A stretch of DNA of 64,000 nt from the human T2T-CHM13v2.0 reference genome, Homo sapiens. Positions 20,495 to 43,478 of this stretch are shown piece after piece. Each line of letters begins with the position of its first letter. Position 1 is the stretch's first letter. The DNA is taken from assembly GCF_009914755.1 (NCBI RefSeq), contig NC_060941.1. The stretch is one strand, 5' to 3'. The notes below the pieces were generated by a model. The model did not search any database, was not told where the DNA came from, and saw nothing but the letters and a program-made list of their open reading frames with translations. The position numbers and the translations under genes are program-made.

Positions 20495-20880
20495 GTTTCC
20501 AGGCCACCCTAGCTTCTACTGTACACTATCCTATCTCCCCAGATTGTGCTGTTTCCAGTCTCCCCTTGTTCCCTCTGCACACGAATCTTCCTCCCCAGAT
20601 TCAACTGTTTTCAGGCTACTCCCTCTGTCTGCCCCCTGTACACGACTGTCTCCCCAGATCCTGCTGTTTCTAGGTTCCCCCATATTTCCCCGGTATACAA
20701 ATTGGCCTCCCTGGATTCAGCAGTTTCCAGAAGCCCCTTGCTCTCTCACTAGGCAGTTCCATCTCCCCAGATTCAGCTGTTTTCAGGCTCCCTTCATTTG
20801 CCCTGTACACAGGTACCCCTCCCAGGTTCTGCTGTTTCTAGGCTTCCCGATTTCCCTTGTATACGCATCAGTTTCTAGCT
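20495..20880. repeat. Degenerate ~57-bp minisatellite, ~6-7 copies
   Basis: CTCCCCAGAT-like anchor at 20535, 20591, 20650, 20707, 20763, 20819. Confidence 0.85.
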
Positions 20881-21272
20881 TATGTTGATCCCAGCTGCCT
20901 AAGGGATTCAGCAGGTTTAGGGAGAGTGGAAGGAAGAAGAGAGTCAGAAAGAGGAGGAGAAGAAAGATGGTCATCAGGGAAGCTCCGGATTTCTCTTGTG
21001 ACCCTAAGCAGCTTGCATATGACAGCCTCTGGGCCTCTGCCTCTACAAATAGGTCCCTTAAGGCCATCTGCCCTGGGATACCCCAATCCCCTCCCCATTG
21101 CTGCTGCCCAGGATCTGAGCTTTAAGTTGGACATCCTCCGGAGGGCCCCCGTCTTGGCAGGAGTGCTTATGCTTGCATGAGGTGGGACAGGCAAGAGCCT
21201 TCCCAAGCCAGGAGTTCCCTTGTCTCTCCTCTGCTATTTCCTTCTTGCCTTCCCAGCACCCACGCCCGCCCC

Positions 21273-28738
<7,466 letters not shown>

Positions 28739-29149
28739 TGTGACTTTTTACTACTACTCAGATCAAGATAAAGAACATCATTTGATTTTTAAAGGCGTTT
28801 CTACTTTCAAATATCTCTTAAATCCCTTCCTGCCTTTTAACCTCCACCCTCACCCCACTACGGAGTCTAATCAGTCTCTCTCTTTCTTTCCCCAGTGCCT
28901 GGCTCATGGCAAACACTCAAATATTTGAAATAATGAATCAACAAACAAATATTGTTGAATGAATGAGACCTAAATTGGAAGGAAATGGAGGTCTGTAAGG
29001 TTGTGCCCAGACTGTTTTGGGTAAATTATTCAACATTACCTGCATCGGCCTCCAAAGTTAAAGGGTATCTAGTAGGAATTTAGAGGTAAGATTTTTTTTT
29101 TTTCCCCCGCTATATAGCAAAGTTTCAAAGGGTGGTTAAGGGCACAGAA

Positions 29150-31350
29150 AATTTGAGCCTCGGGCGGTGTCCTGCTCATCCCCCTGCACCCCACACCCAG
29201 GCCTGGCTGGCCCCACCCCCGCCAATCTTTGCAGCCCTGCAAAGCGCCCAGCCCGGCTGCGGTCCCGCCAGCGGGGAGCCATCCATCACCGCCTGAATGC
29301 CAGCCAACCCGAGCAGCCCCGCCTTCCTGCCAGCCAATAGCCGGAAGGCAGGGGGCGTGCGGGGCTCTAAGTGGTATAAAAGGGGTCCGAGGGCCAGGCC
29401 GCGCTACCTCTGCGCCCCCAGTTGGCTCTGCTTGTTGCTGGCGTCCTGTTCCGTGCCAGAGCCCCCGGGCCGGTGTTTCTGTGCGTGCCGTCTGGCTGGG
29501 CCCTGGCTCCTGGGGTCTGGGTTTCAGACGTGCCCCGGTGCCCATTCTGCTGGAGGAAAGAAGAGGCCCTGAGGCCCCCTTCCCTTATACACTTGGGGCC
29601 CGCAGGGTCGCCCACGAGGGCAAGGGGGTGGAGGAATGCAGAAAGATGCAGAGGGGCCCTGGGGATGGCAGGACACTGGAAGGCAGGCCCTGGCTGCTCT
29701 CCCGCACGGAACCGCCGGCCGCCCTTCCCGAAAACCAGTCCTCCGCGCTCCCCTCCGCGCCCGCCGGCTCCGGCCTGTGGCAGCGCTAATGAGGCAGTCT
29801 GGAGGAAGCCGGTGCCAGCGGGCAGGACTCTGGGCGGCAGGCCAGGCTTGTCATCCTGGCGGCTCTGCCGAGCTGCGGGCGCCACGTGGGAGCTGGGGGC
29901 ACAGCAGCCGGCGGCCCTCCACCCCCAGCGGGGTCTCCGCCTCAGCCCCCGGAAAGCTGGGCCTGCAAACTCAGGGTCCTCTGGAAGGGGCAGCGCCCTT
30001 CCTTGCCGGCCCTCCCGGGTCCTCTGGCAGTGCTGCGCAGCCCGCTCTGCGCTGTCCTCTCCGCCGCGGCGTGGGTCCGTCGGCTGCTTCGCAGCCGCGC
30101 CGCTCCCCACAATCCCTCAGCCATCGCGGGCGAGGACACCTTTCCGGTCGCCTCTCGGCATTGCCATGCCCCCTCAGCCCCTTCCTTTTAACCTAGTACG
30201 GTTACTGTGTGGGCCAGGGGTTCGGATGGGCCTAGGGCAGGGATGCGCGAGAAAGCCACTTGTCCCCAGCAGTTCCCCATCCGGAGCCCCGCCCTGCGAA
30301 AACTACACCAAACACGTCAACCTGAGGCTCAGTGTTCCCTTCCGTAAAATGGGGAGAGCATCGCGTAATTCACAGGATTCGGTGAGCCAGTTTGTGTGAA
30401 GGGCCCAGCCTCCTGCCTGTCCCTTTACATTCCCGTCCCTGCTACATTGGAATAGCAGGGCCGAGGCGGGCGCGACCGCGTTGCTAAGAAGCGCATTTGC
30501 CCGTCCCTCCTTGCGGTCGCTTAAGGGTGGTGGAGGAAGCCAAGCCCTGGGTGTGGCCGCATATTTGCCAAAATATTTCTGGAAAATGTCTCCTTTCTTG
30601 TCGCCATACTAGCCCCTGAACTCCACGGAATTTAACCGAATACTCTTTTTTTTTCTCCCCTTCCAAGAGTTGCCATTTTGCATTATTTACTGGGACGGGT
30701 TACGTACTCAGCGCTTACAATGTAAATGTTTACATAACTATATCATTTTCTCTAATTGCAGAAGTAGTCAAGCCCGTTATAAATGTCCAATCTTAAACAG
30801 TTTTATAATGTAGGACTTGAAAGCCGCAGGGACAACTTCTATTAAGGTCCACGGCTCGCCACTTTCCCTCCTTCGCTGAAATTCCTGTGCCCACGCTGGC
30901 GCAGCACTAGCAGGGTGGGTCACGCGTGCAGGTTGCTAGGGCAACGTCCTGTCGCCGGCGTCGGAAACCAACCAGTAACTCTCAGGAGCCGGAGTCGGGT
31001 CCGCCCTGGGGGCGGAGTTAGTCAGCAGGTCGGTCCGGCGGGAGCGCGTTTCCTGCCGGTCCCTGCAGGTGGCACCATAGGATCGCGGATGCTTTCCTGG
31101 GGCGGGGCTTTCCTGGGGCGGGGCTTCCCGCAGTGCTCAGCGCACTCCAGGGGCGGGGCCGGGGTGGAGCCGGGGTGGAACGTGAGCCACCAGCTGCAGT
31201 CCGCAAAGGATCGAGGGAAACGAGCTGTCCCGGGACGCAACGCTAGACAAGCTCAGGGACGCATTTACAGGGACGCAGAAAGTGTACGCGTCAGAGAGTG
31301 GAAAGGAGAAAACAGGTTCTGGGACGGCGACAGAGAAGGGAAGTCGTGTC
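29150..31350. promoter_or_regulatory. Orphan CpG island complex just beyond the COPZ2 3' end
   Basis: CpG dense; CCAAT at 29222 and 29334, TATAAAAG at 29375; X-box at 30932-30945; GC-box cluster at 31007-31180. Confidence 0.7.
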
Positions 31351-32000
31351 GCCCAGAAAGGCTATACAATCTCCACCCTTCCCGTTTGTCCCTGCGACAC
31401 CCTTTCACCCTCCTGTCCCTCCGGACCTGCAATTCTTCACACCCTCTGCAGCGCACAGGGTGCTCAGGACACATGTGCACGGTGGGGGCTGGCGATGCTT
31501 CCTCGCCCCCACCACCCGCAAGCTTGCAGAGAGCTGTAGTGCCCAGGATGTATGCCAGGATAGGAATTCCACGGTTCCAGGCATGCCAAGAAAAATAGCC
31601 ATGCTGTTTCTCGGTTTGTTCAGAGGAAGCCTTACCTCTCTTCCCTTCTGGAGTTTGGGAATGGAAAAAATGACTCAAGGAATCCCCAGCGGAGCTACCA
31701 TGTATGTACTGCATTGCAAAATAGGGGTACCATATTTTGCTCTCCCCTACCTGGCAGTATGCGCCACACATGGGGCTCCGTGGTATCAGCGTCGCACCCC
31801 CTCATGGTGTTAAATAGTCCCCTTTCCCTTGTCCCACATCTCTGCCCAATCACACAACCACAGGGACACGCCCCACCCTGGTACTGGATATCCCCACGAT
31901 GAGCCACAGAAAGTGCAGGAGCCCTTATATGAACACACACACACACACACACTTCCTAGGCCAAGAGAGAAGGAGACCCTTGGCAGAAGACAAAAGCAGG

Positions 32001-32006
32001 TTTATT
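32001..32006 (-). terminator. COPZ2: COPZ2 polyadenylation signal AATAAA
   Basis: TTTATT on the + strand ~235 nt after the stop codon; GT-rich tract (CA repeat on +) further downstream. Confidence 0.85.
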
Positions 32007-32240
32007 AGGGCCCTGGGGCCAGGAATGCCTAAGATATGAGTTAAGGCCAGGGCCGTGAGAAAAGGTGACTCTCCTGAGGCCAAACCTTTGCATCTCAGAA
32101 GCCCTGGCTGGAGACCTTAGGAGTCAGTTCTGGGAGGGACCTGGGGATACAGAGGGGTCTCTCCTGACCCTGGGATCTTTGGGCTTTTGCCAGGATTGGG
32201 GAAATGATCTGGGGGGCAGGGAGCCTTGAATCCACAGCCT

Positions 32241-32288
32241 TCATTTCAATAACGACCATTTAATTTGTTCCTTGGCAGACTGAAGAAC
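32241..32288 (-). CDS. COPZ2: COPZ2 last coding exon (VLQSAKEQIKWSLLK*)
   Basis: AG acceptor at 32289-32290, TGA at 32243-32241; the nine exons sum to 210 aa. Confidence 0.96.
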   Translation of the reverse strand, partial: VLQSAKEQIKWSLLK

Positions 32289-34284
32289 CTGGGGTGGGGT
32301 GGGGGAGGTTGAGAGAGAATTGAGAATGTCAAATGCCTCCATACACAGTCATGGGGAGGTCCACAGCCCACCTTGCCGAAGCGCCCCTGCAACCACCGGT
32401 CACTAGGTGGCAGCAGCTTGTCTCCACTTGGCTTAAACGCGGCCAACCCTCCAAGTCAGAAAGCGCAGACCAAACCGGCTGCAGCCAGCTCCCACCTCAG
32501 GCCCAAGCCTGCCCAGACCTCTGGCTCCTGCATCTGCAGCGTGGGTGTGGCAGCAGCCTGTCTCCCCGCTGTCATGCCATGAGAGTTCCCGCCCACAGTG
32601 CCACGTCCAGGCGGAGACGGGGCCCAGGCCTGACACTCCCTGTGCTCAGACGCCTCAGCAAACCCCTAGCTCTGGCCATGGCTGGCAATGTGTCCTCAAC
32701 ACCCCACCGCAACCCACTGCTGATGTGGCATAGCTGGCAAAGGGTGGCCAGCCAGACCCTGCGGTGGGATGCCTGGTGGAAAGTCTCAGCCCAGTGCTTA
32801 CACAAATCCATATAAGTGCACACGTGCATGCACAATACCAAAGCAGGAGAGGGGGACAGGACTCAGGTGTGTCCCTCAGATTGTCCCTCCAGCCACTCAG
32901 CCTTATTCCCCTCTAGAGAAGGAGGGAACGCTGTGTCTCCTCCTCCTGCACAGTCTCCCTCCTCTCTTGGGGACAGTGGCTTAGGGTTCCCCTGATTCTC
33001 CTAGCCAGAATCTAACTTTGTCCTCATTTTATCCCCCATTGGCTACCTGTAGCTTCCTTTGTTTTTACTCAAGAATTCCATCAAAAATGCTATGTTTTCA
33101 TTCTTTCTCCCTTTGGAGAAATACTGATGGTTATTCAGCATGTGTTAACTGGCTTGGAGCCCTACTAAGAGCTTGTCACGCATTGGCTCATTGAATTCTC
33201 ATAACTCCATGAAGAGGGTCCTGTTATTATGTGAGGCCCAGAGAGGTTGAGTAACTTGCCCTAGGTCACCCAGCTTTAGGTGGTAAGGTAGAACACGTAC
33301 CCTGGGATGACTCCCATGAGCACCTGTGTTCTTATCTGCTCTGCTTATTACTCCCTACCCTCTTTCCACTCTAAAAATTGCCTTGCAGCTGCATTCATTC
33401 CAGCATGGTATGAGGAAACATGGGGAATCAGAGGGGAGGGCGAAGCAGAGTGAGCGCTAAGGGCAGTGCAGGAAAATGGGCGCCACACCTGGGACTCCAC
33501 ACGAGACAGCACAGGCTCATCTCGGTAGGGCCACCACAGCACGAGGAGTTAGCGCCAGGGCGGGAAGTTCCATACAAGCAGGATTAGTCTGAGCAGAGAG
33601 ACCTGCAGGTGGACAGAAGAGAGGTCAAGACAGTCGTCCTGAACTAGCAGGAAGTTTGTGCAGCTGGGGAACTGATCAGGCTTCAGAGCCAGGAACCTCC
33701 CCCTGGCCTTACGCTCTGCAAGCACCTCCAGATAAGACCATGCAGGGTTGTGGCAGGTTCTTCCATAGCCAGGTCACTCAGGGGTAAGGTGACAAGTGAT
33801 GAGTGGGGAAAGTCAGATCCTATCATGGGTTTGAGAGTCCCTTAACAATCCCAGTGTGCACCCTAAGTGGCAAGGACAGGGGTTAAGAGCCAAACTCCTA
33901 TTTGGTACCCTTTCCAGGTTTCGGTAGAGGGCGCATCAGAGGCCTGAGTTCCCAGATTTTTGGGGTGCACAAGTGACCCAGCCATCTCCAAGGTAGGCAG
34001 CTCATCCTAGTTTCAATCCAACTAAACCAAGCCAGGAGATGAGGTGGGCTGATGGTAACATGCCCATCCATCCATTAGTACCCAGCTCCCCTGAGTTGGA
34101 GAGCCCGGAGGCCTCCAGTGAGTCTTTCCAAGATATGACCTGTCACTGCCTCATCCCTTCCCTTCTCACCCCTGATTTTTCAGACTTGATAACTTCACTG
34201 GGTCCCCCTAGGATGCTCTAGGATGCTCTGCTCCCCGTATCTCTCTAGACCATTTCTAGCCAAGGCAGATGCAGGGGGGCCTAC

Positions 34285-34323
34285 CTGGGCCACACTCTGT
34301 TCAGTCAAGCCGCCATCATCTGC
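34285..34323 (-). CDS. COPZ2: COPZ2 exon 8 (ADDGGLTEQSVAQ)
   Basis: AG/GT flanked, 39 nt. Confidence 0.95.
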
Positions 34324-34937
34324 CTGTAAGGAAGCAGAGTCAAGGGGTGGGGTAGGGCCAGCATGAGGGTCCTGGGTCAGGGAGGTGAAGGAAAGGGGCT
34401 TGGGGGTATGGGTGAGGTGGTGCAGTGGTTAGGGTGATTCAGAGCTGCACCTGTGTCACTGGTTAATAGAAGTCCTGCAGCCTGTCATTTGGAAGCCAGG
34501 ACCTCTGGGATTGTGCTATGGTGCGTGGAGGGTGAGGGAAGATGGGAAGAAAGATGGGAAGAAAGGTTTCATCCAGACATGAGAAAGCCAAACAAGGCAG
34601 GGAGGTTCTATCCATACCCCTGACCCCCAACCTCAAGGCCAAGGCAGCCACCTAGTGCCTCTTTGAAGATGTATTTATTTCCCCAGTCTATACTTCCTAC
34701 CAGGAAAGAGGTGAGGTACTTGTGCTCCTAGCCGGGGAGAGGACAGGAAGATTTCTTCCATTAACTGGCATCCCACCCAGAAACTGCTGCTCATCTCACC
34801 CCTAACAAGTGTGTCAGCCCAGTGGTTGGCTTCTGCTAGAGGAGCTTGGGCTTCTACCATCTAGGCCCTAGCAGCCCTATTCCCAGGGAGGACAGGAAGG
34901 GCAGCCTAAAAGAGGAGGTGTCCAGGAAGACTCTTAC

Positions 34938-34989
34938 CCTAAAATTCACCTTCTGGATCACTTGCTGGGGGTCACTCTCCAGAATCACA
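34938..34989 (-). CDS. COPZ2: COPZ2 exon 7 (VILESDPQQVIQKVNFR)
   Basis: AG/GT flanked, 52 nt. Confidence 0.96.
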
Positions 34990-35498
34990 CTACAAGATGA
35001 GAGGAAAAACCAGGAGGCAAATCAGTGGCACAATCCTCCCCTCCGCCCCTTCTCCTTGCCAAGCCTCTTCCCTCTCCGAAGGCATCCTGCAACATCTCCA
35101 CCTTCCAGGTCCCTTCCCACTGATAGCCCTCAAGTCAGAACTCTCCCTCAGCATGGAGAGCCCTCAGCTCTGATTCTTTGATGCTTCAACCCAGTGGTCC
35201 ACATGCTTTGTCATCCCTGGGCAAAATCTTTGAAACTGGATAAGAACAGTCTGGTCTAGGATGATCAGGTTGTCAAAAGCAGGGACTCTCAAAACTCAGA
35301 GCTCTTGAAAGTTCACTTCACTTTCTGGGTATAGGATTGGATTCCCTGTGAAAAGAGTTAGGAAGAGAGGCCCTGGGGGTTCTTATCTTGTTGCACTGTT
35401 ATTTTATGGCATGGGGTCATGCCCTGCATAAAAGAAATGAAACTCCAAAAATCAGCATCTACCTTCTCCCCTACTTCCTCCCTTTTTTTTTTTTTTAA

Positions 35499-37285
<1,787 letters not shown>

Positions 37286-37967
37286 AATTTTTATTATCCT
37301 TTGCCCCAGAGCCAGAACTTCTTTTTCTCTCTGAATATTGATCCCCTGATGGAAATTCACAAGCCAACTTTTCTCAAAAGAGCTCCTAGCTTCCTAAGAA
37401 TATACTAGCATACCAATAGGAGGCAACATCTATTGAATGAGAACCACAAGCTTCACATGTATCTTCTCACACATGTATTTAATCCCCACAATCCCTTATT
37501 ACCTCCATCCTAAAGATGGAGAAAGTAAGCCTCGGGGAGGGTCAGTAATTGACCCAGGTCACGCATCTAGCTTGTGTTGGAATTGAGCCCTAAGAGCAGG
37601 ACATGTGGGGCTGGTGGGACTGTCTGAAGTCCTTCCAGAGAGGGCCAGCATCTGTGCCAGTGCTTCCCCTGGGCATTGGAGACCAAACTGGATTTTCCCC
37701 AAACCCTGCCTATTCAACAGTCTCCCATAGTTTGACATCAGGTTAGTCTCTTGTTTGGCTTGACTTTGGCTAACATTGAAATCAACTTCTATCTTCATGA
37801 GTGGGGCGCTAGTAAGGGGAAGGGCTAGGGGAATGGGATCCCTGGGAATATGCTGGGGGAAGGGAGTGAGAAGTTGGTCAGAGTTCTAGCCATGCTGGGT
37901 GCCATCTGGGGCTGATGATTATCAAAGGCACTCCTGCTGTGAGTGTCCCTGACTGTCCCCTCCTCAC

Positions 37968-38045
37968 CCGCCATCCACAATCTCGTCCAGCACCAAGAAG
38001 GCTCCGTCCATGTTCTCCAGCAACCAGCGCTTCTCCACGTTCTTC
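37968..38045 (-). CDS. COPZ2: COPZ2 exon 6 ([26 protein letters not shown])
   Basis: AG/GT flanked, 78 nt; LDEIVDGG adaptor small-chain signature. Confidence 0.97.
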
Positions 38046-38497
38046 CTGAAGGTGGACACAAGCTCCTGAGCCTCCCTGTGGCTGGGAGGAACTGAGTCCC
38101 TGCCTAGGTGAGGCTGACCCCACTCTCCAAAGACTGCCTCATTCACCCCTCACCAAACAAGGACTGGGAAGGAGAATGTGAAGGGCAGTGAGCACAGAGC
38201 CCATGCAAGGCATTTCTGAGCAAAGGGCAGTTCTGCTTCCTTACACCCTACCTTGTCCAACCTCCCATACTTTGGGCCTTGACACCCTGGCACCCACCAC
38301 AGGACCCCAGATGCGTTTCACAACTAGGTTAGATGCTATAGCACAGCCCTACTTTCGTTCATTGTGTCGACTGTGAACTTTTCTTTTTGGATTATCTTAG
38401 TCTTGTGGGGACTTCAGGAGAAAAACAGGGAGGAAGGGTCCTGTGACATATCAGGGCCAGGGGGATGGGGCCTCGGAGGGCAGAGAACCTCACTCAC

Positions 38498-38553
38498 CTT
38501 AACATGTGGTTCAGAGACTCAAACAGGCAGGTGAGAACAGACATGAGCATCAG
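38498..38553 (-). CDS. COPZ2: COPZ2 exon 5 (LMLMSVLTCLFESLNHMLR)
   Basis: AG/GT flanked, 56 nt. Confidence 0.97.
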
Positions 38554-39022
38554 CTGGGATGGGCAGATACGGGAGGAGGAAAAGGAGAGTTTGAGATTGA
38601 GAAGGTCAAAAGAAGCACTTGGAGCCCACCTGTGCGGGCAGCAATGGAGAGTTTCAGAGGCCTGGGCTGGAGACTGACTGCGGTGTGACATTAGAGGGAA
38701 CTTCCATGTGTCTGGGCTGGGAAACTGGAGTTCTCCACTGGGAGACATTGAGTGTATCCTTCTCTAGTTATGTTTAAGAAGGACAAAGCCTCCCTTGAAG
38801 ATGAAGTGATTACTTCATTCCTGGTTCCCAAGGAAACTAAGGGGCATCGAAGATACACATTGTCCCAGAAAGAACCCTTCTGGCTGCCCTCCTCTACCCC
38901 ATGGAGCCTAAAAGAAGGGGTCCAATGGTGAGCCTCCAGGTCCCAGCCTCAAGCCCAGATTCCAAATAACAACATTTCCCCATAGACAGACCCTTCTTAC
39001 TGCCCCAACCTCCTGAATTCAC

Positions 39023-39114
39023 CTCATTCTCGTAGGATGAGCCCACCACGTATAGGAAGAGGTCAATGCTGTTCTTGTAGACGATGGTCATACCCCCAAA
39101 AAATGCAATCTCAC
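39023..39114 (-). CDS. COPZ2: COPZ2 exon 4 ([30 protein letters not shown])
   Basis: AG/GT flanked, 92 nt; zeta-COP motif. Confidence 0.97.
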
Positions 39115-39674
39115 CTAGAAGTGGAGGGAGCTTTCAGTCCTGGCCACCTTGCCTGGTCCTAGCCTAGCCCCTCCTCCTCATGTATGACTCTGTGACTCTC
39201 CTATTTCCTTCTCCCCTTTCTGGAGAACCCTTGGAAAGACCAGCACTAGGGACACTACCATCAGGCAGCCCCGTGTCCTTCCCCTTATCTGCTACTCTAT
39301 TTCTAGGGACTGCCTCAGGCCAAGGAGTCAACAAGCCCAGTTGTTGACCCGTTTACCTCCTGCCCACGCTCCCACCCTGTGCAGCACCTTGGGACCAGAT
39401 CCAGGTTGGGACCACAACACAGTTGGCCTCCTCAGCTAGAGAGAGGCCTGGGGATGCTGGGGGGTTGGGTAGTTGGGGGAACTGGAGAGTGACAGGGAGT
39501 GGAGGTTCCCTGGAGGAAGGGAGTGGAGAACAGCAGGGAAGGAGAGGACAAAAAGCCTCTGAAGAAAGGGAAATGGCCTGTGGGTGTGCAAGGCTGATGG
39601 GGACAGATGTGTCCAGATGGAGAAGATGACAGTGTGCATCTGATAGTCTGCTGGAGGAAGAGGGGGACACTTAC

Positions 39675-39756
39675 TCTCAGTCCGGCTGGTCTTGTTGAAG
39701 ACATTTTTCTCGAAAACCATCTGCTCCTTCATGGAGGGGAATGTGTCATCATAATA
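39675..39756 (-). CDS. COPZ2: COPZ2 exon 3 ([27 protein letters not shown])
   Basis: AG/GT flanked, 82 nt; frame continues into exon 4. Confidence 0.97.
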
Positions 39757-39815
39757 CTATGAGAAAGGGAAGGAGAAAGGACCATAGCTTTCCACACAGC
39801 CTGGATCCTCCCTAG

Positions 39816-41885
<2,070 letters not shown>

Positions 41886-42662
41886 TAATGCAGATGCTAT
41901 AGCTCCCCTACAATTAATTGTGTTGACAGCAGAAATTTATTTTTGGATTATTTTAGTTTGGTTCGCTCAGGCCATGTTTGCTAGGATAGATAACAGCTAA
42001 TTGAATGGGGGTACAGTGAAAACCACCTTGAGCTTCATGTCAAAAAACCCGAGTTTGCCTGTGAAACCTGTGAAATGGGAGAAGTGAAAAAATTAAATAA
42101 GTAAATAAATAAAATTTGAGTTTGGATCTGTTAGGATATTAATACTTGTGACCTCAGGCAACTCACTTAGCTTCTCTACCCCTCATTTTCTTCATCTACG
42201 AAATTAAAGAGTTGGATTATACAGTTTCTAAAATCCCATCTGGTTCTAAATCCTTAGACTCCTTAGACTAAATCGTTAGTGTTTACCAAGCTGTAGAACA
42301 AAAGTGGAGGTTTAGAGACAAACCCCAAAGAACAAAAGAACTTGTGTGGGGGTTTGGGGACTAAGACTCCTGGGTCCCAGGCTCAACACTCCACTGACCC
42401 ATTAGGCAGAACCTTCCCATGCCCAGGTCCAACTGGCCAGTAGCAGGATGATAAGGAAACATTTCAGGGAACATGAGTAGAAATAGAGGAGACCCCTCAT
42501 TTCAGGGAGCAGCACCTTGACAAGGCAGGAGGATGAGAAGGACCTCTGGAGGGGTCTAAGCTGAGCTGCCCTGAGTCACAGAGATCACAGTGGAGTTTCT
42601 CCTGAGACAGGAGTGTCAGCTGAGTGGGAACTGTGTCCCTCATGGGTGGGGTCAGAGGTTAC

Positions 42663-42737
42663 CTTGGCCAGCAGCCGGCGCCCGTCATTATCTAGGATGA
42701 AAACAGCCTTGATGGTGTAGAGGGAAGGTTCCTGCAA
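42663..42737 (-). CDS. COPZ2: COPZ2 exon 2 (LQEPSLYTIKAVFILDNDGRRLLAK)
   Basis: AG/GT flanked, 75 nt, phase 0; start of the adaptor small-chain (longin-like) domain. Confidence 0.97.
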
Positions 42738-42972
42738 CTGACACCGGAGAGGAGAGTTCCGTTTGGCCCCTGACTCGAGGTGGACACCCTGTGTCTATGG
42801 GATCTGCTGGCCCTAGGATACATCCTCAGGCCCCAGCAACCCCAGTCCTCAAGGTCCACAGCTGGTTCTGCCCAGCCCTGTGCCACATGGGCCAACCCAG
42901 GTGCCCACTCCACTCCCAGGCAGATGTTCCACTGCAGGCCCCGAGTGGGCGCTGTGCCCGTTGGGTGCAGAA

Positions 42973-43059
42973 GGTCCTTCCGGGCCCAAGTTCTGTCATG
43001 CACTGACTGCTCCAGAGCCCGAGTCGGAGTGTATCACAGAACCTGGGCCGGGGGGGACA
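42973..43059 (-). ncRNA. MIR152: microRNA-152 precursor (miR-148/152 family) in COPZ2 intron 1; 3p mature 42986-43006, 5p 43022-43044
   Basis: Reverse complement reads UCAGUGCAUGACAGAACUUGG (miR-152-3p) and pairs with AGGUUCUGUGAUACACUCCGACU in a hairpin. Confidence 0.98.
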
Positions 43060-43478
43060 GCGGGCCGAGCCTCCTTCTTCCAGCTGATCCCTGGCCGGGC
43101 TGGACCTGCGCTATCAGCGCGCCCCCAGGCCCTGGCCCGGGTAGACTCCAGAAGCATGCCCATCACCCACCGGTGATGGGAGCCGAGTCTGGGACGGACA
43201 GGCCACTCCTTACCCTCCCCGCGGAATCGCAACTCACCCGCCACCCCCACTCCAAACGGACCCAGAACTTCAGCCCCGCGCCGACGGACTCAGGACAGGC
43301 CTCCTCTCCGGTCGGCGCTGGGACGAACTTTTCCTCCCGGGTCCTGGGGCCAGTCAGGGGTGACACAAAGTTCCCAGCCGCCGGGCGCGCGAGTTCTGAG
43401 TTGGCTGCTCCCCCTAACCCTGCTCTGTCCCTGCCCAGCTCCCGCCGCCCGGGATCCCCGCGCCCGCCCGCTCCGTAC

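Noticed and set aside
20495-20880. CRISPR-like repeat/spacer appearance
   Set aside because: Human DNA, no cas genes, the repeats are degenerate and the linkers are related to one another; this is a decayed minisatellite
29422-30399. 325-aa ORF and overlapping ORFs in both directions
   Set aside because: TTG start, low-complexity product; several frames are open simultaneously, as expected at this GC content
31716-31740. Small hairpin GCAAAATA-n9-TATTTTGC
   Set aside because: 8-bp arms are expected by chance; no RNA-gene context
32291-32310. G-quadruplex-like run GGGGTGGGGTGGGGGAGG
   Set aside because: It is the complement of the C-rich polypyrimidine tract of the last COPZ2 acceptor
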